From a virus (lineage: Duplodnaviria; Caudoviricetes): DNA of 61,206 nt. The notes beneath the pieces are model-generated. The model searched no databases. It worked only from the letters and a program-made list of their open reading frames with translations, and was not told the origin of the DNA. The translations under genes were made by a program, and so were the position numbers. Each line of letters opens with the position of its first letter. Position 1 is the first letter of the stretch. The stretch spans positions 1 to 61,206 of IMG/VR virus record IMGVR_UViG_3300031857_000181, one strand, 5' to 3'. This document shows, one piece after another, positions 19,840 to 30,063 of the stretch.

Positions 19840-19961
19840 TATATAATTTTCCTCGTTACACTCGTATTCAATCCCCAGCCCCTTTTTTATTTATCTTTGT
19901 TGGAACTATTGTTAATGTCATATGGTTATATTAATATTGAATCACATTAAAATAAAATTCT

Positions 19962-20366
19962 ATGATTGCATTAATTGTGTTGGTTGTTATAATCTTGGGC
20001 GTATTTTTATTCAAGAGATTTTTGGATAAGCATGGAAAGTATGTTCCATCTTCATTATTGATGATGTTTTTAAAACAGGTTAAGGATATTGAGGATAGTG
20101 GTAATGGGAGGATTATTGTAACTAGGCGAGGTGATTACGAGGTAATTGTATTGGTTGAGGGTGAAAGGTCTGTTGATGCTATTAGTGTGGATATGGCAAC
20201 TAATAAGATTTATTCTGGTGTGGTTAAGGATAATAATCCTAGTTTTGGTAATTTATTGGTTCCGATTAGAATTCCATTTTATTCTAATGACGTTGATGGG
20301 TTAATTGAGTTGGAGGATAAGTTGATTGATGAGGTTATTGAAATTATTGTTAAGTATAAAAAATAA
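19962..20366 (+). CDS. Membrane-anchored hypothetical protein
   Basis: N-terminal TM MIALIVLVVIILGVFLF. Confidence 0.65.
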   Translation: MIALIVLVVIILGVFLFKRFLDKHGKYVPSSLLMMFLKQVKDIEDSGNGRIIVTRRGDYEVIVLVEGERSVDAISVDMATNKIYSGVVKDNNPSFGNLLVPIRIPFYSNDVDGLIELEDKLIDEVIEIIVKYKK

Positions 20367-20372
20367 ATGTGT

Positions 20373-21342
20373 ATCCCCATGTCTAAATAAGGTATGGGGA
20401 TATTTATAATTAAAAATTTATGAAAAAATTAATTATAACAGAGAATGACAAGGAGTACATAAAATCATTATATGGAATATTAAATGAACAAAAAACTCCA
20501 CAAGTCTCAAATGATTCAGGTTTGTTCTCAAAAATGAAAGCAAGTAATAACTATTATTGGGAACAGGCTTATAGTAACACTAACGAAACGGACGAAAAAA
20601 AGATTGAGGAGGCAAAACAATTAAGTTTAAAAGCATTATTTAATCAATTAAGTTCAAATAAAGATAGATATAATGAATCTGGTGTATGTTATATTATAAC
20701 TAAATTAGAAGGTGGTAGATATAAATCGGTGGCTTATATACATAAAGATTCCATTGATGGTGTTAATCATGGTTGTTTTGATGAAAATGCACCTAAGGCT
20801 AGTACCGAAAAATTAATACCTAAATCAACAACTACAACAACCACTATACAGAGTCCAACTACCCCAAAATTAAACAAAATTGATTGGAATAAAATACCAG
20901 ATTGGTTAATTGGAACTCCTATGAATTTTTATGAAAAGAAAGAACAAACAGATGATTATCCACATAATACCAAAATAACAAATATCATTAGTTATGACCC
21001 AACAGCGGGACGATATAGATTTGGTATGAGTGATGTTTCTTGGAGTAAATTGAATTCTGATAGATATTACAAATTTAATGAGTTAGATTTTAGTTGTCGT
21101 GAGCAGAATGAAGAATTAGGATCGTTTACTTTTATTGACAATCAAAAACGTATTGGGCAAACTTTTTGGAATAAAACAATTGCGGAGAAATACTTTGCCC
21201 CATATTTTTGTTCAAAAAATAGTCAAGGTAAATGGGTGCCTAAAGTAGAAAATCCTGACTTTGGTCAAAAAGATATAAATAAACAACAAAAATTTGTTTA
21301 ATTAAAAAAATCCCCATGTCTAAATAAGGTGTGGGGATATTT
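20373..21342 (+). repeat. 33-bp hairpin-containing direct repeat (20373-20405, 21310-21342) flanking one gene
   Basis: ATCCCCATGTCTAAATAAGGT(A/G)TGGGGATATTT, 32/33 identical. Confidence 0.9.
20420..21301 (+). CDS. Hypothetical protein with MKKLIITEND..I..LY.ILNE peptide
   Basis: Thr-rich linker between two domains. Confidence 0.75.
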   Translation: MKKLIITENDKEYIKSLYGILNEQKTPQVSNDSGLFSKMKASNNYYWEQAYSNTNETDEKKIEEAKQLSLKALFNQLSSNKDRYNESGVCYIITKLEGGRYKSVAYIHKDSIDGVNHGCFDENAPKASTEKLIPKSTTTTTTIQSPTTPKLNKIDWNKIPDWLIGTPMNFYEKKEQTDDYPHNTKITNIISYDPTAGRYRFGMSDVSWSKLNSDRYYKFNELDFSCREQNEELGSFTFIDNQKRIGQTFWNKTIAEKYFAPYFCSKNSQGKWVPKVENPDFGQKDINKQQKFV

Positions 21343-21415
21343 TTTTTTCTCATTTCATTCGTATGGAATCCCCAACCGCCCTTTTTAATTTGATATATTT
21401 ATAAATAAAATTGGT

Positions 21416-22204
21416 ATGAAGAGAATCATAAGATTAACTGAGGGGGACTTGGTTAAATTAATTAAGAGGGTAATCAATGAGGGTGAGATAGATGAGATTG
21501 ACATTGAGGGGACATATTTGGAAAAACCGAATAACGACTATTATAGGATGAAGAAATTGGATGATACTTTTGTAAAGGATTATGGTAATGTTTTCAAGGA
21601 TGAGCCGATTACTCGTAGTAAGCCGTATGGATTGAAGTTCATAAATAGGGGTAACAATTTATATGATGTTATATTCCCCCCAAATTTTGGGGTTAAGCAT
21701 TTTCCATCTAGGGTTGATTTTGGTGATGGTGGTTTATATGGGAATGAGCATTATGGTTTGGAGATTCCCGCAATGAAAAAAACAAATAGGGGGGTAATAA
21801 AGACTGTTGATGAGATATTGAATGATTGGGGTGTTGTGATTGAAACTGAGGGTGAACCTGGAAATAGGATACATTTTATTGGTGGGTTGCCATCAATTTT
21901 AATGGGAACTGGATTGGGATATTTGATATATCAGGAGTTCATAAAACATTTGGGATGGGGTAGTTCAACTTCCAATGTCAGCGCGGAGTCTCAAAGAATT
22001 TGGACAAAACTTATTAAAGATCCTGATTTTTATAGTTTTTATATTGATGGTGAGAATTCATCAAGAATATTTGCGATATATAAGGGTACTGATAAAGACA
22101 TTGTTAAAATTGTTGGTGATAATTATTATGATGTTAAATCAATTAAATTCAGTCAAGACGTATTAAACGATTATCCTGAATTGATAAAGTATAAAAAAAA
22201 TTGA
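21416..22204 (+). CDS. GNAT-like protein with MKRIIRLTE.DL peptide
   Basis: LMGTGLGYLIY resembles the acetyl-CoA-binding motif A; S..SQRIWTKL. Confidence 0.5.
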   Translation: MKRIIRLTEGDLVKLIKRVINEGEIDEIDIEGTYLEKPNNDYYRMKKLDDTFVKDYGNVFKDEPITRSKPYGLKFINRGNNLYDVIFPPNFGVKHFPSRVDFGDGGLYGNEHYGLEIPAMKKTNRGVIKTVDEILNDWGVVIETEGEPGNRIHFIGGLPSILMGTGLGYLIYQEFIKHLGWGSSTSNVSAESQRIWTKLIKDPDFYSFYIDGENSSRIFAIYKGTDKDIVKIVGDNYYDVKSIKFSQDVLNDYPELIKYKKN

Positions 22205-22205
22205 T

Positions 22206-22646
22206 ATGAAAATAATAATTACGGAATCACAGTTTGAAAAAATATTATCATCAGGGAAACATAAAAAAGCTTTGATGAATATGATTGAAGATGAGGGGAT
22301 ATATTTTACATCAAAAAATTTTGGTGTGAGTTATAAAGATTTAATTGATGAAATTTTTGGTGAGTTTGATGATGAGAAGGTTATTAACTTAATTAAGTTT
22401 TATATTTCAGATAAATTACGTCAGGTTTACCACTTCCTTTATGATTGTGAACTTTATTCCGATTCTAATGAATTTTTCAATGTTGTTGCTGAATCTATCG
22501 TTGAGTATTGTTATAATAATTATTATGCTCGAATGATGGATGATGATTCAATTGAGTTTGGGAATATATGGTTAAGACTTAATCGATACATCGAATTAAA
22601 TTATGAGATGGAAATAAAAGATTGGTATAATAAAAATTGTGGTTAA
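22206..22646 (+). CDS. Hypothetical protein with MKIIITESQF peptide
   Basis: Shared N-terminus. Confidence 0.7.
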   Translation: MKIIITESQFEKILSSGKHKKALMNMIEDEGIYFTSKNFGVSYKDLIDEIFGEFDDEKVINLIKFYISDKLRQVYHFLYDCELYSDSNEFFNVVAESIVEYCYNNYYARMMDDDSIEFGNIWLRLNRYIELNYEMEIKDWYNKNCG

Positions 22647-22663
22647 TATTTATAGATAAAAAT

Positions 22664-23254
22664 ATGAAGATTATTATTACAGAATGGATATTTAATGATT
22701 TAGTTAATAAAATATTAGGTAAGTCCGATCAACAAAAATCATCAACTGGTAAACAGAAGTACGATGGTTCAACATTAAGTGTTAGTGCTAATATATGGCC
22801 GTTTTTGAGGGAATGGGAAGGTGACCCAAAGAATAGAAAGAATGGGGTTAAAGAACCTAAATATAAGGCTTATAAGGATGCTGTTGGTGTTTGGACAATT
22901 GGATATGGTCATACGTTAAATGTTAAACCCACGGACAGATTAAAATCCAAGAAGGAGGCTGATGATTTATTGGTTCAGGATGTTAGGGAGAATGCTAATT
23001 ATGTGAGAAAAATATTATCTGATTGGAAATCAAAAAAAATTCCTGGACATATGATAACTCAAGGACAATTTGATGCTTTGGTTTCATTATCATTTAATTC
23101 GGGTATTGGTAATTTGAGAAAATCACAATTGATACAAGCATTAAAAAAGGGAGATGATAAAAAAGCTGCCGAGTTGTTAAAAACATATAATACTGTTGGT
23201 TTATCTGGAGTATCTAAACGTAGGGAAGGAGAATTAAAATTATTTCAATCATAG
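22664..23254 (+). CDS. GH24 (phage lysozyme-like) muramidase with MKIIITE peptide
   Basis: EG...AYKDAVGVWTIGYGH, QGQFDALVSLSFNSG, GVSKRREGE. Confidence 0.85.
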   Translation: MKIIITEWIFNDLVNKILGKSDQQKSSTGKQKYDGSTLSVSANIWPFLREWEGDPKNRKNGVKEPKYKAYKDAVGVWTIGYGHTLNVKPTDRLKSKKEADDLLVQDVRENANYVRKILSDWKSKKIPGHMITQGQFDALVSLSFNSGIGNLRKSQLIQALKKGDDKKAAELLKTYNTVGLSGVSKRREGELKLFQS

Positions 23255-23257
23255 AAA

Positions 23258-24484
23258 ATGAAAAAAAGAATTCATGAATCATTGGGGGTTCCTGAAAATA
23301 TTATTGATAGTTCAATTAAATTGTATGAATATATTTCAGCGTATGTATCAGGTTTAAGAAATATTGAATCTGAGGATGTTCATAAAATCCAAATCATTGG
23401 TGATTTTAGGATATCTGATATGAACTTAAAAAAAGTTAATTTAAAAGTTGAGTTAGATAAAAATAAAATAGATAGTTTTATTTTATTAAGTATGGGACAA
23501 TCCAGTGAAAATGTTATTAACTCCATGTTTGAAATGAAAGCAATTATTAATCCCGATGAGATTGACATGAGTATTGAAATTGCAACTCCAGAACAATTCA
23601 AAGATGAAGAATTATCTGAGTTTATTCGAAGCAACAAAAAATATTTAATTCCAATTATTGCTCATGAATTAAAACATGGGTATGACATATTCAAGAAAAA
23701 CACTTATAATTTATATAAGAAGGTGGAGTATAATGTTTTTAGTTCAAATAGTTTTGGAAAAATAAAACCTCTAACTGAGGTTTTATTTAACTCTTATTAT
23801 ATTCATCATATTGAGAATTTGGTTAGACCGACAGAATTGGCGGCTCAAATTCAATTAGAAAAAATAACTCCCGAACAATTTAAGAATTTTTTCTTGGAAA
23901 ATAAGATATACCAAACTTTGAAAAAAATTCAGAATTTTACAATTGAGGGATTAAAAAATGAATTAGAGTCATATATTACAGAAATTAATGATTTATTGGA
24001 TCACATTGGTGAAAATTATGTATCCGAACAAGAAAAAATTGATAGAGTTTTGGAATTATTTTATATTAACATTACAAACTGGAAAAATGAAAAAATCATA
24101 AACTATATTTATCCTTTTGGTGTTAATAATCCATTATTTGCATTTATGCAAACACCAGAAAAAGATAATTATTTGGATGAATTTTTCAAAAAAAGTGGAA
24201 AATTTGATGGTAATTATTTATCATTCTTTAAGAATGAAGAGAAATATCAAAGATATACAGCATCGAATATGATAAAGAAACTTGCTAGACTATATGAATT
24301 GACTTATAAAAATATTGAAGAACCAAGAAAACCTAAACCTATGTTACCTGAAAATAAATCAATATGGAATTGGGATTTGTACCAAAAGATTAAAGGTGGA
24401 AACAGTTCAATAACCAATAAGATAATTACTAAAGAAGAATTTTTATCAGATATTGCGAATAAACTAAATAATAAGATTCGGTAG
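23258..24484 (+). CDS. HExxH-containing hypothetical protein
   Basis: IAHELKHGYD. Confidence 0.6.
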   Translation: MKKRIHESLGVPENIIDSSIKLYEYISAYVSGLRNIESEDVHKIQIIGDFRISDMNLKKVNLKVELDKNKIDSFILLSMGQSSENVINSMFEMKAIINPDEIDMSIEIATPEQFKDEELSEFIRSNKKYLIPIIAHELKHGYDIFKKNTYNLYKKVEYNVFSSNSFGKIKPLTEVLFNSYYIHHIENLVRPTELAAQIQLEKITPEQFKNFFLENKIYQTLKKIQNFTIEGLKNELESYITEINDLLDHIGENYVSEQEKIDRVLELFYINITNWKNEKIINYIYPFGVNNPLFAFMQTPEKDNYLDEFFKKSGKFDGNYLSFFKNEEKYQRYTASNMIKKLARLYELTYKNIEEPRKPKPMLPENKSIWNWDLYQKIKGGNSSITNKIITKEEFLSDIANKLNNKIR

Positions 24485-24510
24485 AATATTTATTATAAAA
24501 ATATTCAGTA

Positions 24511-25983
24511 ATGAAAAAAATAATAAAGTTAACGGAAAACCAATTAGCTAAATTGGTTAGAAATATAATCAAGGAAGATGAGGGATTACCAAATAAAGTA
24601 ATTCAGGGGATTGGTAAGGATAATTATGATTATAAGAGAGAAAATGGTAAATATTATACTAAATTGAAAACCTCTAATAATTGGATTAATGTAACAGGAA
24701 CAAAATACGAAGAAAATATTAGAAAATTAATTTTCAATGATTATGCAAATTCCCCATCCTCATCCCCGTCCCAATCATCGACAATTTCAAAAACAGTACC
24801 ATTTAAGAACACTACTGAAGGAAATGAATTTAGAAGTTGGGTTATTAAAAATTATCCCAATGTTGCTGCTGCGACAAGTTTAAGTCCAACAGGTGAGTAT
24901 AATAATAGTTATATAACAAACGCTTGGAATTATAAAGTCGGAAATGAAAGTGTTGGGGGAAAATTTTTATCTCATAAAAAAACTAATTCAAGTAACACTT
25001 CTAAAGGTTCTAATTTGTATGGTGTTGACCCATCATCAAGTAAAATATATAGTTCAAAATCAACTGAGTCCGAAGAAGATTGGTTAGGAATTAAGGGTTA
25101 TCAAAAACGTTCAATTGAATTAGCACCATTAGAATCAATTCCTCAAGTACTGAAGGGAGCTGCTGGTGATAGGATGAATAGAGAAATTCATTACATTAAT
25201 CAGAGATCTGAATATAAAGGGAAACCTTTTTTCATTATTGACCCTAGACTTAAACTTGTAGCGGCATTTGACGAATCACATAAATTTATAAGATTATCCC
25301 AAACCGTGGAAGGTGAGGATAAACAACCGACAAAACCTGTTACCTACCGTGAGTGGTGTGAAACGGCAGGATTCAAATGTAAGAATCCATCAACTAAATT
25401 GGACTGTTTTTGTTCTGGCGATTTGACTAAACAATATTATGTTTTATCAAAGATAGGTAAAAGGTCACTAAGTGCTGGTATTTATAAGGCTGGTGGTACA
25501 AGTTATCAATCTCATTATACCGGAGCCAAAAATGTTGATAATGTGATTAAAATAAAAACTCAATCAGGTCTTGAATTACCTTCAGCAATTCATGCTTTAG
25601 TTCCCATTTCAAATAGAATAGAGGCTGATGCAGAATTAAAAAAATATTTAGGGGATGCACAAAAAACCGGTAAAATTCCACAACAATATAATGACCTTAT
25701 TAATAATATGATTGGTAGTAAAAAATACGACTTATCTACAGGTTGTTTTAATGTTGACGCATCATTTGCAAATGATAGTAGAGTATTAGATATCGCCAAA
25801 AAAGGTGCGATGATATTTGTTATGTCTGAAGATAAAGATTATTATTTAGTACAAATGGATAACTCACAAGGAGCCGAATTCTTCAATGAACTTAAAGGAG
25901 AAAATGGATTCTGTAAAAAACCAACGTCAATCGCAACTCAAGTAGGTGGAGAACCTATTGATATAAGAAAAACAACTGCATAA
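24511..25983 (+). CDS. L,D-transpeptidase-like (YkuD fold) protein with MKKIIKLTE peptide
   Basis: AIH...STGCFNV His/Cys motif; paralog of 26013..26849. Confidence 0.6.
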   Translation: MKKIIKLTENQLAKLVRNIIKEDEGLPNKVIQGIGKDNYDYKRENGKYYTKLKTSNNWINVTGTKYEENIRKLIFNDYANSPSSSPSQSSTISKTVPFKNTTEGNEFRSWVIKNYPNVAAATSLSPTGEYNNSYITNAWNYKVGNESVGGKFLSHKKTNSSNTSKGSNLYGVDPSSSKIYSSKSTESEEDWLGIKGYQKRSIELAPLESIPQVLKGAAGDRMNREIHYINQRSEYKGKPFFIIDPRLKLVAAFDESHKFIRLSQTVEGEDKQPTKPVTYREWCETAGFKCKNPSTKLDCFCSGDLTKQYYVLSKIGKRSLSAGIYKAGGTSYQSHYTGAKNVDNVIKIKTQSGLELPSAIHALVPISNRIEADAELKKYLGDAQKTGKIPQQYNDLINNMIGSKKYDLSTGCFNVDASFANDSRVLDIAKKGAMIFVMSEDKDYYLVQMDNSQGAEFFNELKGENGFCKKPTSIATQVGGEPIDIRKTTA

Positions 25984-26012
25984 AAAAAAACACCACATTG
26001 TGGTGTTTTTTT
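25982..26012. terminator. Bidirectional terminator
   Basis: A9-CACCAC ATT GTGGTG-T-run between convergent genes. Confidence 0.85.
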
Positions 26013-26849
26013 TTATTTGACTAAATAATTATTTGTATTTTCACCGATAACAAAAACTAATGAATTAACTGATTCATTTTTAGTTAGTTCTATAAATTTT
26101 TCGGGTACATTAATACAACCGAAAGAATTGTTAAAAGTACCGTTATTAATATTGTTTAGAACAACATTTCTAAAAGAATTAGGTACATTAATTTCATCAA
26201 AATTATTCCCAACTAACGATACTAGATTATTCATATTTTTAATTCTGTATTCACTTTTGTAAAGACTATGTATTGCTAATGCTAAATTTTTACCATCTAA
26301 GGTATTAATATTAAAAGTATTTTCACCTTTTCCTACGAATCCGTTGCTATGAAATTTTTTTGTAATCTGATAAACCCCTTTTGGAAAAAATCTACATTGA
26401 GTTTTTGCTAAATGAGTATATACCAAACTATTAGAATAATGTCTTTTTTTACCTGTTATATCGACATACTGTTTTTTATTATCGTCCCATTTAAACCCAA
26501 TGTCAATTACGTGTTCATACCATGTCTTTAAAGAACCATCAATCTTACTTTCATTTTGTTTATCAAAACCATCGATTGTTGGTGATTTTGCAACAAAATC
26601 ACCTTTTTTATCAAAGAAGAAAATCAGATTTTCTCTTGTATCCACAATAAAAAAAGATTTATTTTGATATTTTTCAGATTTTCTAACAAGAATATATTGA
26701 TTAGTAATTCGTTCAGGCATCCCTAATTTAATCAAAGAATCTCTATTTATGTTTGGTTCAACAAAAGTTAGTTTGTTGATTACCCCATTAATTTTTATTG
26801 TATAAAAAGAGATAGATAAAACACTCAGGATTAGAAGTAATTTACTCAT
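26013..26849 (-). CDS. Secreted L,D-transpeptidase-like protein
   Basis: Signal peptide; FFIVD, G.Y.I, AIH...SFGCINV. Confidence 0.6.
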   Translation of the reverse strand: MSKLLLILSVLSISFYTIKINGVINKLTFVEPNINRDSLIKLGMPERITNQYILVRKSEKYQNKSFFIVDTRENLIFFFDKKGDFVAKSPTIDGFDKQNESKIDGSLKTWYEHVIDIGFKWDDNKKQYVDITGKKRHYSNSLVYTHLAKTQCRFFPKGVYQITKKFHSNGFVGKGENTFNINTLDGKNLALAIHSLYKSEYRIKNMNNLVSLVGNNFDEINVPNSFRNVVLNNINNGTFNNSFGCINVPEKFIELTKNESVNSLVFVIGENTNNYLVK

Positions 26850-26954
26850 GGTTATTGTGGTTTTAAATGTACCTTACAAAGGTAAATAGATTTTATCAAA
26901 TAAAAAAGGATAATAATTTTTTTCTAAATATTTATTAAAAATAAAAATAATCAC

Positions 26955-27350
26955 ATGAAAAAAATAATACGATTAACGGAAACTGATTTAATTAAATTAG
27001 TAAAAAGAGTTATTAGTGAACAACCTAGAGCTTATAATGACCCTGCTCTTTTAAATGTTGAAAACGAATTGTTAAATTTAGGGTTTAAATATAAACGTGA
27101 TAGATCATCACACAAATTTGAATATATTTTAGGTCAAAATCTTATTAGAGTAATTGTAAATACTAGTGAGAAAAACCCATATTCTGTATTATCAATAATT
27201 ACTAACTCTAATTATATACCAAAACCAGGGTATGAAAAAGATAGTTGGGATGAAACAATTACCGATATAAATAAAGAATATTCTGAAAATGAATATAAAC
27301 AACTTCTTTCCGATGTCTCAAAATCAAAACAAAAAATTAAGACAGCGTAA
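26955..27350 (+). CDS. Hypothetical protein with MKKIIRLTETDL peptide
   Basis: N-terminus nearly identical to that of 33889..34374. Confidence 0.75.
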   Translation: MKKIIRLTETDLIKLVKRVISEQPRAYNDPALLNVENELLNLGFKYKRDRSSHKFEYILGQNLIRVIVNTSEKNPYSVLSIITNSNYIPKPGYEKDSWDETITDINKEYSENEYKQLLSDVSKSKQKIKTA

Positions 27351-27374
27351 GAATGACTTTAAATAATTAAAAAA

Positions 27375-27485
27375 ATGGCGAAGAACAGAAGAAATACAAG
27401 ATCATTTGTAAAAAGTAAAAAGTCTAGAAATAAAACCTATAAGATGATGAATAAAAATCGAGAGGTTTTAAAAAGTTGTAACTAA
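27375..27485 (+). CDS. Small basic peptide (36 aa)
   Basis: MAKNRRNTRSFVKSKKSRNKTYKMMNKNREVLKSCN*, fills the intergenic gap. Confidence 0.45.
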   Translation: MAKNRRNTRSFVKSKKSRNKTYKMMNKNREVLKSCN

Positions 27486-27540
27486 ATAATATCCCCCATT
27501 TGATTTACATTTGGGGGATATTTATATAAAAAAGATAAAA

Positions 27541-27876
27541 ATGAAATATATTATAACTGAGAATAAACTTCATAGTTTAATTACGAAGGTATTAACCAAA
27601 GAATTTCCTGAAATTGTCGAGATTGACTTTGGCAGTAAAAAGGTAATGTTGGCATCCAAAACAGAAAAATTTAACCCTGGGGACACCATAGAAGTGACTA
27701 TAATAAAGGTTACGGTGGATAATAGAGACAGACGGATTATGTTCAGTGATTTGAAAGAGATGTATAGTGATATTAGAAAATCAGTTGATTCTTATTTTAC
27801 ACTCGGCATGGAGGAATATGGTTCACCATATGATCTTGAATTATACGTTTTGGAAAAAAATAAAAAATTCGGTTGA
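27541..27876 (+). CDS. Hypothetical protein with MKYIITENKL peptide
   Basis: Start reassigned; TATTTAT at 27519. Confidence 0.7.
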   Translation: MKYIITENKLHSLITKVLTKEFPEIVEIDFGSKKVMLASKTEKFNPGDTIEVTIIKVTVDNRDRRIMFSDLKEMYSDIRKSVDSYFTLGMEEYGSPYDLELYVLEKNKKFG

Positions 27877-27877
27877 T

Positions 27878-28267
27878 ATGAGAATAGAAAAAACCATTAA
27901 AATAATTTTGAGGGAAACTATGGAAGAAAAGTTACAGAAACTTTTTGATGATTATATTAGTGAATATGAGAATTTAATTCAAGATGAAAAAGAATATGAG
28001 GATGAGGATTATGATATATATACCTCTCTTGTATTTTTTAAAAAAAATGAAGATGGTGAAATTGATGATGATGACTGGGAGGATGACAATTATGTGCTCA
28101 AAATAATTCCTATTGATAAATGGGGTGAAAAATTCAATTTAGAATATAGTACATGGGAATTAAAAGGTGGATTATCTACCTTTGGGAAAAGAATTTTTGA
28201 AAAACATTTGAAACCTTGGTTTGAGAAAACATATAAAATCAAAGTTGAAAATGTTTATCCTGTTTAA
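27878..28267 (+). CDS. Acidic hypothetical protein
   Basis: Start reassigned to MRIEKTIKIILRE; C-terminal WFEKTY.I.V. Confidence 0.7.
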   Translation: MRIEKTIKIILRETMEEKLQKLFDDYISEYENLIQDEKEYEDEDYDIYTSLVFFKKNEDGEIDDDDWEDDNYVLKIIPIDKWGEKFNLEYSTWELKGGLSTFGKRIFEKHLKPWFEKTYKIKVENVYPV

Positions 28268-28354
28268 TTGTTTTGTGACTTTACTTATTCGTCCAAGATA
28301 TTTATAATGTAATGGGGCGGAATGAAATAGGGAAAGAAAAACAAAAAAACATCT

Positions 28355-28957
28355 ATGAGAGCATTATTATTAGTAGTAGTGTTGTGTTTAATAGTATCAG
28401 GAGACACTAGTTATCCACAAACATTACAAAAAGAAAATGATATTCCAGAGGTTACAAATGAAACTTTTGCAAAACAAATATCTAACAATTATAATCCAGA
28501 AACAGAACATCCATTTGTTGAGTTTTGTGATAAACACCAAGAAATTGCAATATACTATCATATAGAGTGTGGGATTCCTGTAAGTATTCAATTAGCTCAA
28601 GCCATTACTGAAAGTGGTGGAGGTAATTCAGAATTAGGAAAAGTCGCGAATAATCTATTTGGTATGAAATATTATAAGGAATTATTCAAAGGAGATTTTT
28701 ACACATCACCTGGTGGGACTCAATGGAGAAAATATGACTCATTTGAGGAATCATTCGAGGATCATGCAAATTTCTTACATACGTATTATGGGCATGCGGT
28801 TGGTAAGAATTGGTTATATTGGGTGAATCATTGTGGAGGTTATGGTGGACCTGGATATTGGAAACATATTGGTAATGTTATCGAAAAATATAAATTATAT
28901 GAGTACGATAATATTGTTGATTTTAATATAAAAAACAAAAAAACTTATAATTTATGA
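28355..28957 (+). CDS. GH73 glucosaminidase-like peptidoglycan hydrolase with signal peptide
   Basis: IPVSIQLAQAITESG.G..NNLFGMK..WRKYDS.EES..DH. Confidence 0.85.
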   Translation: MRALLLVVVLCLIVSGDTSYPQTLQKENDIPEVTNETFAKQISNNYNPETEHPFVEFCDKHQEIAIYYHIECGIPVSIQLAQAITESGGGNSELGKVANNLFGMKYYKELFKGDFYTSPGGTQWRKYDSFEESFEDHANFLHTYYGHAVGKNWLYWVNHCGGYGGPGYWKHIGNVIEKYKLYEYDNIVDFNIKNKKTYNL

Positions 28958-29139
28958 CAGAACAACAAAAAGCAACATTATACGGTAATCTGTTAAATGA
29001 GCACACAAGACTTTTTAACCAAATAAGTCTCATTAAGAGTGAAAATTTGGAGATGAATCCACAACAGATGAAACAGGTGAGAGAATTGGAGATGAAACAA
29101 GCTCAAATTATGGAACAGGTAAGAAAAATGTTTAACTAA
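28954..29139 (+). CDS. Small coiled-coil protein
   Basis: ATGA overlap; heptad pattern. Confidence 0.6.
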   Translation: MTEQQKATLYGNLLNEHTRLFNQISLIKSENLEMNPQQMKQVRELEMKQAQIMEQVRKMFN

Positions 29140-29141
29140 AT

Positions 29142-29170
29142 AAAAACCCCTCTTTTATGAGGGGTTTTTT
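29142..29170. terminator. Bidirectional terminator
   Basis: AAAAACCCCTC..GAGGGGTTTTT. Confidence 0.85.
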
Positions 29171-30000
29171 TATGAGATTTCTCCTGTTATTTTTTTATAA
29201 TATTGTTTTGCTTTTTCTCTTTTCAGAGGAATTCCGGTTACGGCAACAGGATTAGTACTGTTAGCGTAATATTCCCAACTATGTCCAGGTCCAGCATTTT
29301 GTCTAAACGCTTCTTGAAATGCTTTTTCAAAGTCACTGATATCCTTTATTTTTTTAAAATAACAAGATAATGCTTTGGCGGCGTTTGATGGATCTTCCAT
29401 TAGTTCAGGATTTGACACAAAACTAATACCTGTACAATCTTGGGCGGCTTTATAATTTCCTTTGAAGGTAATTCCGTTGAATCCTCTGCCAACATACAAG
29501 TATCCTTCGTCAGGAGCATTTCCATACATTCCACCATATACAGCATCGAAAAACAATTTATCTGATTTTTTTATTCTGTTTAATTGACTATCTGACATCT
29601 TACCTAATTTGGATGGGAAAATTGCTCGTATTCTACCATTTGAGGTGTTCTTATAACTAGCTTCCTTAAACGTCTTGAATCCGCTTTCACCACCAACAAC
29701 ACCCATCACACCAGCAGCGGCTTCATCCGTGAATCCATCTTCTTTAAGTTGTTCAAAAACGATTTGTTCATTTGTATTTAATCCTTTAACGTCTGATACT
29801 GAAATTTTCTTTTTTTCATCTTCAGAGTCTTCAGTATCTGAAGATTCACTGTCAGTTGATTCGTCATCTTCTTTTTCTTTTTCTATAGGTAAAAATAAAT
29901 CTATAGCCCTTTCTAATTTTGACATAGATTCATCTTCTGATAACAAATATAATTTTCTGATGTGTTTTTTATCTTCTTCAGTAATAATAAATTTTTTCAT
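29170..30000 (-). CDS. GH19/lysozyme-like hydrolase with MKKFIITEED peptide
   Basis: GGESGF, GY.YVGRGFNGITFKGNY, NPEL; start reassigned. Confidence 0.7.
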   Translation of the reverse strand: MKKFIITEEDKKHIRKLYLLSEDESMSKLERAIDLFLPIEKEKEDDESTDSESSDTEDSEDEKKKISVSDVKGLNTNEQIVFEQLKEDGFTDEAAAGVMGVVGGESGFKTFKEASYKNTSNGRIRAIFPSKLGKMSDSQLNRIKKSDKLFFDAVYGGMYGNAPDEGYLYVGRGFNGITFKGNYKAAQDCTGISFVSNPELMEDPSNAAKALSCYFKKIKDISDFEKAFQEAFRQNAGPGHSWEYYANSTNPVAVTGIPLKREKAKQYYKKITGEIS

Positions 30001-30030
30001 TAAACTATTTTTATAATAAATATCATATAA

Positions 30031-30060
30031 AAAAAAAGGTGTTCGATAGAACACCTTTTT
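30031..30060. terminator. Intrinsic terminator
   Basis: AAAAAGGTGTTC..GAACACCTTTTT. Confidence 0.8.
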
Positions 30061-30063
30061 AAA

